DNA from: Candidatus Micrarchaeota archaeon
Lineage (GTDB): Archaea > Micrarchaeota > Micrarchaeia > Norongarragalinales > Norongarragalinaceae
Reading direction: 5' to 3'
Assembly: GCA_016207165.1 (NCBI GenBank)
Contig: JACQQD010000008.1
Coordinates: 64,001 to 128,000, forward strand
Length of the DNA: 64,000 bases
The notes under the pieces are model-generated. The model did no database searches. It worked only from the letters and a program-made list of their open reading frames with translations, and was not told the DNA's origin. Position 1 is the stretch's first letter; each line of letters begins with the position of its first letter. The position numbers were made by a program, and so were the translations under genes. Below are positions 55,578-64,000 of the stretch, one piece after another.

Positions 55578-58500
55578 ATGCGTTTTTTTGTCTTCATTGT
55601 TTTCCTGGTGTTGGCGGGTTTGGCTTCATCCGCCGCCTTTGACTTGGCCAACCAACCCAAAGTCAGCGTATACATCGGCTCGGATGCGTCCGTTCCCCAT
55701 GCTTCCGGCGGGGCTTCGTACGCGTTTCGTTTGGCCGGCCCCGCCGTGGTCGGACCCAAGGGGATTGAGGCCAAAATCCAGGCCACGCGTTCCGGCCAAG
55801 CCGAGTGTCCCGGTACAATCAAGGTCAACACGCAGGAGCAATACGCGTGCAACACGGTGTGCATTCGGTTGATTGGCTACCGGACGCAAGCCGCCATTGA
55901 TGCGGACAGCGCTTCCGGTCAACAACCTCTTTCCCAAGAGGACGCCATCGGCGAGCACGCTTTCATGCAAATAGGTTTGAAGTCATCGGATGGCTCGTGT
56001 AATGTCGCGCCGACGGCCGCGGATGTCCAGGCCCTCGCGCAATCGTCGTCGAAAATGACTCCTGAAGAGCAGGCCCGCGCAAGCCAATCCATTTCCGGCG
56101 GCTATCACCGCTTCCTGAAAGACGTTTCAATCGATGTGGCGTTGCTGGCTGGCATCCGCTTCAAGCGGGCGACGCCGCAATACTTGGAGCACCCCCGTGA
56201 ATTGACGGACTTGATGGCCAGCTTACACAAAGTGGAATACCTCGTCTTTCATGCCCCGACGTTTTTGGGCGTCCGCGATACCGTGGAACAATCCCAACTC
56301 GCGATTCGCGCGAATTCCGTGGAGTTGGCGTCAAGCGCCATTGCCTCCTGCGGCGCTCATCCCGCCTTTTTGGAGGAGTTTTCCGTGAATGGTTATGGGC
56401 CCAGTTCACTGTTTTCCGTTGGCCCCTCCGATGAATGGATTCGCTCGTCGTACAAGACGGCGGCTTCCTTGGATGAAGCCAAACAATTTCTTTCCTGCAT
56501 CGGGCAAATCAAGGGCGAAAAGGGGTACTTCTTTTTCGACCGGAAAATTGACCCCAAGACCATCACGCGCGCCTTGGAGGATCCAGGGTACACGTTTTTG
56601 ACGGAGTACGACAAGTCCCGCCGGCAGGAAGGCAACCTGGATGTGACGCAAGCGGACCGCGTGGTTTTCGCCTACGAATTTGGCAAGTACCTGTATACGC
56701 AGAAAGAGGACGCCGACGCCATCAACGTGCTTTCCGCCGCGATTCTGGAAGCCGAGCGGTTGCGCATTCCCAACGTGGTTCACCCTCAAAGCGGTTTGGG
56801 ACTCCAGAAAGACGCGTTTGACACCATCAACGCCGTTTTGGCGCGGCAGGGCCGGGAACCCATGGCGACGCTGGGCGGTTGCCTCAACGGCTTCTTGAAT
56901 CCGCTTATCATCCTAAAACCTCTTCAGTTGCTCAAGATAGGTGCCAAGACCGGCGCCGTCATGTCTGCGGGCGGCCGCGTCATCCACTTGGGCTTTGCTT
57001 TACAAGGCGGTCAGCAACTCATTGGCGCGGCCCAAACCGCGCAGGAGTCGGCTTTGGACTCCACCATTTCGGGTGTGTGCGGGACGGTCATGTTTTTTGG
57101 CGGCCTGAAAGCGGGTCTGACGCGAGCCCCCGCGGCGTCTACGGAAATGGTTCGAACGCCTGAGACAGGCAAATGGGTGTCGCGTCCGGTCATTGGAGGC
57201 TCCAAGGCGGCGTCGGCGCGTGCCTTGGTCTTGAACAAGGAATTGGCGGATACCCCGGTTGAGTTGGTTGTACAACGCTTCACCAAGTTTTCAAGCCAGC
57301 TTAAACCCGGTGAATCCGCTGGAGAGTTTTTTGTGCGGTTGACGGTGAAAGGCAAAGAATTGACTATTCGCGTCACGCCCGAAAACCATCGAGCCGTTTT
57401 GGCGGACGTGTTGCACATAAAGGCGACGCTGGCCATGGAAAAAGCAGACGCCGCCCAGTTTTCTCCCAGTTCCATCAAGGAGTTCCAGCAGGCGCTCTCG
57501 GAATTGTCGAAAGTGGATTCGGAGAAGGCATCATTCTACAACGAGTTCAATTTCCAGTTGAATGAACTGCTGAACGCCAAATCGAAGGAGGCCAAGCAGT
57601 CCATCCAGGAAAAACTCATCGGTTTGGTCTTCCAGCTATCCAAGCCTGAAAATAATCCCGCCAAGCAGCGCATCACGTTCTTGCAAGCGTTGCCTTCCGG
57701 CAAAGCCCAGACTCTGGATGGCTTGACCCCTGCCCAACCCCCTGGAACCGCTCAGCCCAGCGATCGCCGGACCCTCACGGAGCGCTTGCAAGCCGCGACG
57801 GAACTCTTCAAGAAGGCGAAAGAAAAGTTCGGCCGCAGCCTTTCGCGCGTGAAACAGTTCTTTTCGTTCAAGGACGGCCGGAGGATTGAAGTTCCGGAAG
57901 AGGCGTCCAGCCAAATCGCGGACGCCCACGTGGCGGCGTCGGCGACCGGCGAAGCCCAACAAGTCGTTGTTGAGGTTTTGGTGAACGGAAAGAAGCAGAA
58001 CATGCCGGTGTTTGTTCGCCCTGGCGGAAAATTTTTGTCGATTGAGGAAATCAAGCAAGTGGCCAAAGACGGGAAAACCACGATTGCGGGAGTAGTTCGA
58101 CTCGGGGAATTGGTCGTTTTTGATACCCGCCCCCAGAACCTGCGCTTTTTGCAAACTATTCGCCTCAATGACCTGCTTTCCGACTCCAGGCCCCTGCCTG
58201 CTCTTCGTGAATCGGTTACGGCGTTGGCGGATGCCGAAACCCTGTCAACTGATCCTTCAAGCGCCGGCAAGTCAACTCGTCCAGGTGACGCCGTCCAATT
58301 GCCTGAAACCCGCTGGAAGGATGCGTTGACGCGTCTGGGGTTAAGGCGAAATGGAAAATATGATGCCTACTACTTGGTTGAAGGTGCGGCGTTGCGGAAT
58401 GGGGTTCCCCTCCGTTTCGAAGTGACTGGATCCGACAACCACGTCGGTTTTCTGGTTTTGAAAATCATCCGGAACAAAATTCCGGAAAGCATTCGCGACG

Positions 58501-61160
58501 CGACCATTGAAACGCTCAAGAAGGAGGGTTTCACGGAGCACTCCGACGGCACCGTGTTCTCGAAGGAAGTCGACGTCCGGGGCCAGCAGGTGCTCTTGGT
58601 TCCAAAGCCGGGAGCCACAGGCTTGGCCACCCCGATCTTGGATACCGTGGCACCGGAGTTCCAGGCCTTGATTAAAGAACTTTTGCCAAACGAAGGCCGC
58701 GCCCAACGCGTTGCAACCGTGGAGGAAGCCGAAGCCCTGCTTGGGGAAAAAGGTTTGCTGGCGGATCCAACCGCCAAGACCCAGGAAGGCGGCAACCCAT
58801 TTGACCCCGGCAAACTTATTGAAGATCAAGCCGCCAAGGCCGAGCCCAATGCTCGTGAAGTGGCCGAGGAACAACGCCGGCTTGCGGAAGAGCAATCCAA
58901 AGTCGAACCGGTGCGCGCTCCAGTGCAAACCCAGGATGGGGTGTGGGAGGTTTCGGAAGGCCGTGGGTTGACTGTCGGTCGACTGACCGCCAACCGAGTC
59001 GTTCTTCCATCCGAGTCCATTGCCCGCCGGCAAGGAACCTTTTCCGCGGATTCAAAGGACGGCGTCTTTTACGTCAACACTGGTTCAACGAGCGGATACA
59101 GGGTTATTCGGGGCCGCAACGAGCAGGAGTATCCGGGGAGCCACACGGAACCCGTTTCGCTTAAGGCGGGGGACTCCGTTGTATTCGCGGACGGTTCCCG
59201 CGTCGTCGTGGACTCTTATTCGCCGAAATCCGGTTCCGGGCCTGCGGTGGCCCGCTTCCGCGTTGAACCCGCGGAAACGTCTACGTCGCCCACCCTGGAA
59301 ACTCTTCCGAGGACGAAAGGTGGTTCGTATTCGATTACGGGTTGCGCCGTTTGCCTGACGCAAAATCCGTTGGCCAGGGATTTCCTGGTTGACGAGGGCC
59401 AGAAGGCTTCGGTCGGACGCCAGGAAGGCAACACGATCATGTTTGAAAATGCGCATGTTAGCCGCGAGCAAGGAAGGTTCGACGTGGGCGCGCTGGGCGT
59501 TACTTACACGAACTTGGGCAGGTCGAACTTCTTTGCCGCTGTAATCGGGGGCCGCCGCCATGATTTTCCTCCGACGCACGGCGAGCCCATTTTGCTTGGC
59601 CCGTTTGATTCCATTCTTTACTTGAACGGCGAAAAAATCGTCGGCAGCATTACCGTTCAAGAGTTCGCGAAAGCCGCGTCGACGGGCAGTTCCCGGCTTT
59701 TGTTGCGCGTGGAGCGCGCTGGCTTCACTTCAACTCCGGAAACAGAGGGGGGGCCCGCAGTGACTCCGGAAAAAGCCGAGGCCAACCGCGAGGCGTTTGA
59801 AAAGCCACCGGCGCGTGCGTCCGGCGCCAAGCCCAAACTTGAAGTGAAAAAAGCCGGAGTGGCCGAACAGGCCAAAGTGGGGGAAACGGTATCCCAAGAT
59901 TCTCTTTTGAGCATAGAACAAGGTGACCGGTCGGTGGATGTCGTCGCAGATGGCGTAGGCGGCGCGCTTGGAGGCAGAGTCGCGTCGCAAGCCTTTGTAA
60001 ATGGGATTAATACCCGCTTTCCAGAAATGACGGATCAACTTTCGTTGGAAGAAGCCTTTAATGGAGCTGCAGGAGACACCGTCAGCGCGTTACGCCCTGT
60101 TTTAGAAGCAAACAAGTTTGACCGTGAGACTGGCGAGCCGTTGAATCCGCAGGGCGGCACCACGGCGTTGGTTCTTCTGATCAACGGACGTAAAGCGCAC
60201 CTCGCGGGCATCGGGGATGGTGCGTTGTTTATGATTCGCGGCGGTAATATTGAACTGTTATCGGAAATACACAACGACGCGTACGGCGCCCGCGGTCAGG
60301 TTGCGGGTTTGAGACCTGAGGACGCTTTCGTTGACAGAACCGAAGCCGGCGTAAATACGATGCGTAACTCCATTACCCGATCGATTGACGCCGGGATATA
60401 CGACGGGGAGTTCGAATCCTCTCAAGGCATCCCTCGGGGTCAGCATTTCTCTCGTGAATTCTCCGTACAAGACGGCGACCGGTTTATTCTCGTTTCAGAT
60501 GGCGTGGCGGATGTGGTCACGCCGACCGAGATTCGCGAGATTGGCAGACGGGGTACGCCGGAACAAGCCGCCCAAGCAATCTTGGCCTTGGCCCGACAGC
60601 GCATCTCCGGCCGGCATGAAGGCAACTTTGAAGGTCGCAAAATTCCCATCGACGGCAAGAACGACGACATTTCCGTCATCGTGCGGGATGTCGGCGAGCG
60701 GCCGGCTTCTGAGGAATCCTCTTCGGAGCCTTCGCGGTCCGAACCTGCGGTGGCGCGTTCGGCTCCTCCGGCAAGCATGGATTTGGAGCCGTTTACCCGG
60801 CTGATGCCTGCTGGGCCGACTTATTCCATTCGCATTGGCCGCGACGCCGTAAATGATGTGGTGTTGCCCAATGACTTCGTCAGCCGCTATCAGGGGGTGT
60901 TGCATTCGGATTCCTCCGGTCGGTTGTTTTACGAAAACGAAGGCGGATCCAATTCGTTTTGGCTTGGTCGTGGAGGCAGTTTGACGGAGTTGTCGGGTCG
61001 CCGAACCATTGAACTGCGTGTTTTAGACTCGATTTTCTTTGCCGATGGAAGCCGAGTGTACTTCCGTCACCTTAACCCCGCTTACCCCGGTTCGCTGCCA
61101 AGCGCGGTTTTCGACTTTTTCCCGAAATCCGTGGATGCCCCCGAATTTCAACCGACGTGA
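55578..61160 (+). CDS. Signal-peptide protein (1860 aa) with a hydrophobic segment, three FHA domains and a PP2C/PPM phosphatase
   Basis: FHA motifs GR...N......I/V(A/S)R.QG at about 58977, 59415 and 60837; PP2C motifs VADGVGG...G..AS, GGTT, GIGDG, LVSDGV.D and DDISVI. Confidence 0.88.
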   Translation: MRFFVFIVFLVLAGLASSAAFDLANQPKVSVYIGSDASVPHASGGASYAFRLAGPAVVGPKGIEAKIQATRSGQAECPGTIKVNTQEQYACNTVCIRLIGYRTQAAIDADSASGQQPLSQEDAIGEHAFMQIGLKSSDGSCNVAPTAADVQALAQSSSKMTPEEQARASQSISGGYHRFLKDVSIDVALLAGIRFKRATPQYLEHPRELTDLMASLHKVEYLVFHAPTFLGVRDTVEQSQLAIRANSVELASSAIASCGAHPAFLEEFSVNGYGPSSLFSVGPSDEWIRSSYKTAASLDEAKQFLSCIGQIKGEKGYFFFDRKIDPKTITRALEDPGYTFLTEYDKSRRQEGNLDVTQADRVVFAYEFGKYLYTQKEDADAINVLSAAILEAERLRIPNVVHPQSGLGLQKDAFDTINAVLARQGREPMATLGGCLNGFLNPLIILKPLQLLKIGAKTGAVMSAGGRVIHLGFALQGGQQLIGAAQTAQESALDSTISGVCGTVMFFGGLKAGLTRAPAASTEMVRTPETGKWVSRPVIGGSKAASARALVLNKELADTPVELVVQRFTKFSSQLKPGESAGEFFVRLTVKGKELTIRVTPENHRAVLADVLHIKATLAMEKADAAQFSPSSIKEFQQALSELSKVDSEKASFYNEFNFQLNELLNAKSKEAKQSIQEKLIGLVFQLSKPENNPAKQRITFLQALPSGKAQTLDGLTPAQPPGTAQPSDRRTLTERLQAATELFKKAKEKFGRSLSRVKQFFSFKDGRRIEVPEEASSQIADAHVAASATGEAQQVVVEVLVNGKKQNMPVFVRPGGKFLSIEEIKQVAKDGKTTIAGVVRLGELVVFDTRPQNLRFLQTIRLNDLLSDSRPLPALRESVTALADAETLSTDPSSAGKSTRPGDAVQLPETRWKDALTRLGLRRNGKYDAYYLVEGAALRNGVPLRFEVTGSDNHVGFLVLKIIRNKIPESIRDATIETLKKEGFTEHSDGTVFSKEVDVRGQQVLLVPKPGATGLATPILDTVAPEFQALIKELLPNEGRAQRVATVEEAEALLGEKGLLADPTAKTQEGGNPFDPGKLIEDQAAKAEPNAREVAEEQRRLAEEQSKVEPVRAPVQTQDGVWEVSEGRGLTVGRLTANRVVLPSESIARRQGTFSADSKDGVFYVNTGSTSGYRVIRGRNEQEYPGSHTEPVSLKAGDSVVFADGSRVVVDSYSPKSGSGPAVARFRVEPAETSTSPTLETLPRTKGGSYSITGCAVCLTQNPLARDFLVDEGQKASVGRQEGNTIMFENAHVSREQGRFDVGALGVTYTNLGRSNFFAAVIGGRRHDFPPTHGEPILLGPFDSILYLNGEKIVGSITVQEFAKAASTGSSRLLLRVERAGFTSTPETEGGPAVTPEKAEANREAFEKPPARASGAKPKLEVKKAGVAEQAKVGETVSQDSLLSIEQGDRSVDVVADGVGGALGGRVASQAFVNGINTRFPEMTDQLSLEEAFNGAAGDTVSALRPVLEANKFDRETGEPLNPQGGTTALVLLINGRKAHLAGIGDGALFMIRGGNIELLSEIHNDAYGARGQVAGLRPEDAFVDRTEAGVNTMRNSITRSIDAGIYDGEFESSQGIPRGQHFSREFSVQDGDRFILVSDGVADVVTPTEIREIGRRGTPEQAAQAILALARQRISGRHEGNFEGRKIPIDGKNDDISVIVRDVGERPASEESSSEPSRSEPAVARSAPPASMDLEPFTRLMPAGPTYSIRIGRDAVNDVVLPNDFVSRYQGVLHSDSSGRLFYENEGGSNSFWLGRGGSLTELSGRRTIELRVLDSIFFADGSRVYFRHLNPAYPGSLPSAVFDFFPKSVDAPEFQPT

Positions 61161-61290
61161 ATTCCTGAGGGGTAGAAGCGTTCCGGTTCATTTTGTGATA
61201 ATGAACGAGTATAATTCGAGCCAATTCAGCTTTTTTGTATGATTCAAGATATCAAAAATGATGTCTTTTTCCGTTTGGGTCGCCGCGACG

Positions 61291-62040
61291 TCATTTCGGC
61301 ATTTTCTGGATGGCGAGGCGGGCGGCGTCATCAAAATCCACGGGGTTGGGGCTCAAGGCGTTCATTTCCGTTTTCCAGATTTTTTCGGTTTGCCGTACGC
61401 GTTTTTGGAATTCATTGGCGTTGAAGGTTTTTTCGTAGTACGTCAGTTTGCCGTTGACGAGTTCTTTGTCGGGGACGGCGTTTCTTCGTAAAAGAAAGTA
61501 GAGGTCGTACAGGTCGCGGGCGGATTGGCGGGTGAGGATGGCGCGGATTTTTTCGGCGGCGATTTCCGTTGCGTCCATGGTCTTGAGTGCGTAGGGGAAC
61601 ACGTCGGGATACGGCGGTTGAATGCTGGTGATGACGGGTTCCAGACGCGTTTTTTCGCGTAGGCTGAATTCAAGTTGCACCGTGCATTCGCTGATGGGTT
61701 TTCCCATGTAAAGCGGGCCGCGGACGCGCAGTTTGGCGGTTTTCGAAACGGGGGTTTGACTGGTTTTCCACGTGGGTTCGGAAAAGCCCGCTGAAGCCAA
61801 AAACGCGGAGGCATTATCTGCGTCGGGTTGTTCTTCCTGGTCCGCCAGCGTAAAGTCCAAGTCCTCGGAGTAGCGGGGAAGCTGGAAGGCTTTCTGGAGG
61901 CAGGTGCCTCCCTTGAAGACGCCGGCAAACCCGGTGCGCGACAAGTACGACAAAAGCCAGTGCTGGACGTAGTCTTTCTCTTTTTGGCCTAATGTGAATC
62001 CCGGCGGCCCGTATTGGTCGAGTCCTTTCCGGTCAAGCAT
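61291..62040 (-). CDS. abiEii: AbiEii nucleotidyltransferase toxin
   Basis: EKDY, FKGGTCL, RYSEDLDF and AEKI.A...R...RDLYD motifs. Confidence 0.92.
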   Translation of the reverse strand: MLDRKGLDQYGPPGFTLGQKEKDYVQHWLLSYLSRTGFAGVFKGGTCLQKAFQLPRYSEDLDFTLADQEEQPDADNASAFLASAGFSEPTWKTSQTPVSKTAKLRVRGPLYMGKPISECTVQLEFSLREKTRLEPVITSIQPPYPDVFPYALKTMDATEIAAEKIRAILTRQSARDLYDLYFLLRRNAVPDKELVNGKLTYYEKTFNANEFQKRVRQTEKIWKTEMNALSPNPVDFDDAARLAIQKMPK

Positions 62041-62593
62041 GGCGCATCAGGTTTTTCAGGCGTTTGTTGGCGGCGGCGCTGGACAAGTAAGGCGGAATTT
62101 TTCCGGCTTTGACGTGGGCCAGTGCTTCCATGATGATGGCCGCCGGACAGCTTTTGGGGATGCTGATGGCGTCGGCCACGGCTTTTTCGGGTGTGGCCAG
62201 GAACAGGTTGTCTTTTTTCTCGTAGGCCCGGAACTGGTTTTTAGGGACGCGGTATTCCTGGACGGGTGTTCCAAGGACCTGATACTTTTTTGCGTTGCGC
62301 GTGACGGCAAGCTGGATGGTGCGGTGGGGTTGTGTGGTCAATCCGTGCAAGTGCAATGCGGTGTGGAAAGACACGTAGGCGGGGGTTGAAATCTCGCAGG
62401 CAACGGCTTCATGCATGGCATCGGAAAACGCCCACCAACCGCGATGGACCAAAAAAAGGACGCCTTTTTTGTGGAGGCGATGCAGGTGCAGACGCGCGTA
62501 CGCCGGGTTTTGGGCCAAGGCGACGAATTCTTTGGTGCGGAAGGCGGCGCGCCCGGAACCCCGAAGAATTTCTATGATTTTATTGCTTTTCAT
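62033..62593 (-). CDS. abiEi: AbiEi antitoxin
   Basis: wHTH, PAYVSFHTALHLHGL..Q and ATPEKAVAD motifs. Confidence 0.9.
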   Translation of the reverse strand: MKSNKIIEILRGSGRAAFRTKEFVALAQNPAYARLHLHRLHKKGVLFLVHRGWWAFSDAMHEAVACEISTPAYVSFHTALHLHGLTTQPHRTIQLAVTRNAKKYQVLGTPVQEYRVPKNQFRAYEKKDNLFLATPEKAVADAISIPKSCPAAIIMEALAHVKAGKIPPYLSSAAANKRLKNLMRHA

Positions 62594-62612
62594 TATCAAA
62601 AATGATAACGAA
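62589..62612. promoter_or_regulatory. Inverted-repeat operator of the abiE operon
   Basis: TTCATTATCA-AAAA-TGATAACGAA overlapping the start codon. Confidence 0.6.
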
Positions 62613-62705
62613 ATAGTATAAAAACGTTTTCATGGGGGTTTGGTGTGGGAATCGGCTTCCGACGCCCTTTCCGCCTGATGCGGGCTTGGCCGTCCATGGC
62701 CTGCT

Positions 62706-63818
62706 TCAGGGTAAGTAGATTTTTTCGTAGGCTTTCGTGGTGTTATCCCAGTTGAATTGCTTGAGGACTTTCTTTCGGCCGTTTCGACCGAATTTCTTGG
62801 AGGTTTTCGGGTCGGCCAAAAGTTCGTTGGTTTTTTGGGCCAGGAGCTTCGGGTTTTTCGGTGGAACCAAGAAGCCGTTTTGGTTTTGGTCCACGACTTC
62901 GGGAATGCCGCCGGTTGTGGTTGAAACTACGGGTTTTCCGGAGGCCATGGCTTCAAGCAAAACCATGCCGAAGGGCTCCCACAGTGAGGGAAGGACGAAG
63001 ACGTCGCAGGCGGCGTAGTATTGGGCGATCACGTCTTCGGACAGCTCGTCGGTGATGAAGGTGACGGGCGCCTTCTTTTTTTTCGCGTATTTTTTCAGGG
63101 TTTTTTCAAGGGGCCCGCGTCCAATGATGACGGTGTCGGCGTTGATTTCCAGGGAGGCGTCGATGAGGTATTTGAGGCCTTTTTGTTTGACGAGGCGTGC
63201 GACGCACAAGACGAATGGTTTTTCGTGGGGTGCGTTTGGGGTTTGTTTTCTCGGTTTGAAGACGTGGGCGTCAACTCCGTTGTAGGCCACGGCCTTTTTT
63301 CCGTGGAATTTTTTGGGGAGGGTGATGTCCAGCGTGTTTTGGCTGACTCCGAGGATTCCGGTGCACGCGTTCATTACAGTTGAACCTATGGTGTCGTCAA
63401 AGGCTTGGCCCCAAAAGTCGGTGGCCACGTCAATGCCTGTGGTTCGGGCGTTGTGCAGGGTCAAGTACAAGGGAACGCCGTATTTTTTGGAGGCGGCCAC
63501 TAGGTCCAGTCCATAAAAGAATCGGTTGTGGGCGTGGACGAGGTCCATGTGCGGCAAAAGTTTGGCGAGGTCTTTGGCGTGGTCCGGCATGATGGGGATG
63601 GGTGGGACGAGGGGTTGGGGTAAGTCTTCCAGGACCCAGGCGTTGGAGCGTACTAAGTGCATGCCGTGAAGGTCCTCTTTTTTTGGGGTGTTGGGCAGCT
63701 TTGCGGTCAGGACCGTGACGTCGTGGTTCTTGGAGAGCCGTTTGCCGACTTCCAGGACGTGTTTTTCGGTGCCGCCTTGGTAGGGGGAAAAAAAGGGGTT
63801 GAGCATGAGGATGCGCAT
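62706..63818 (-). CDS. Family 4 glycosyltransferase (GT-B)
   Basis: GGTE, NGVD, ARL..QKG and PSLWEPFGMVLLEAMASGKPVV motifs. Confidence 0.95.
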   Translation of the reverse strand: MRILMLNPFFSPYQGGTEKHVLEVGKRLSKNHDVTVLTAKLPNTPKKEDLHGMHLVRSNAWVLEDLPQPLVPPIPIMPDHAKDLAKLLPHMDLVHAHNRFFYGLDLVAASKKYGVPLYLTLHNARTTGIDVATDFWGQAFDDTIGSTVMNACTGILGVSQNTLDITLPKKFHGKKAVAYNGVDAHVFKPRKQTPNAPHEKPFVLCVARLVKQKGLKYLIDASLEINADTVIIGRGPLEKTLKKYAKKKKAPVTFITDELSEDVIAQYYAACDVFVLPSLWEPFGMVLLEAMASGKPVVSTTTGGIPEVVDQNQNGFLVPPKNPKLLAQKTNELLADPKTSKKFGRNGRKKVLKQFNWDNTTKAYEKIYLP

Positions 63819-64000
63819 GCTAATGGTGACGGTGGAATTGGATTTAAAGCGTGACGGCTGACACGGGAAGAATTGTTTGTTGGTTATGTTTTCGTTCGTC
63901 GGTTCCATTCGCGTCGTATTCGCTTGACGTATTTACTTCCGCTTCCTTTTTCATTTTTCCAAAGTCCCGCGGCGTTGTCCATGACTTTTTTTCTGAGTTT

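Noticed and set aside
1-64000. Prophage, integrase, transposase or rRNA genes
   Set aside because: No recognisable motifs for any of these in the translated ORFs or the sequence.

Overview
Chromosomal window from a GC-rich archaeon, most likely a DPANN lineage such as Micrarchaeota. This is inferred from the intron-containing tRNA, Methanococcales-type S-layer gene, TATA-like promoters and DUF2797. The left ~12 kb is housekeeping: guaBA, pyrG, gatCAB and an intron-containing tRNA-Asn. A divergent pair follows, made of an operon of small, partly His-rich membrane proteins and the S-layer gene. Next is a ~40 kb island of giant, related membrane-anchored surface proteins (1587, 2098, 3276 and 816 aa, plus 478/586-aa paralogues), ending in a secreted or membrane-spanning 1860-aa protein with three FHA domains and a PP2C phosphatase. 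Six toxin-antitoxin modules are interspersed. The most unusual observations are these. (1) TA cassettes are bracketed by duplicated gene termini: three diverged copies of one gene's last ~35 codons at ~1.05 kb spacing, and a 28-bp copy of a giant gene's start. This looks like gene-restoring cassette stacking, with no integrase in view. (2) A dispersed hairpin family has a conserved loop and covarying stems. (3) The giant proteins share modules: an N-terminal GIPS anchor, a C-x3-4-aromatic-C-T module, an L[EN]FAE[QE] motif, and one carries a captured S-layer domain. (4) A candidate attenuator lies upstream of guaBA. All calls come from reading the sequence by eye; no database searches were run.
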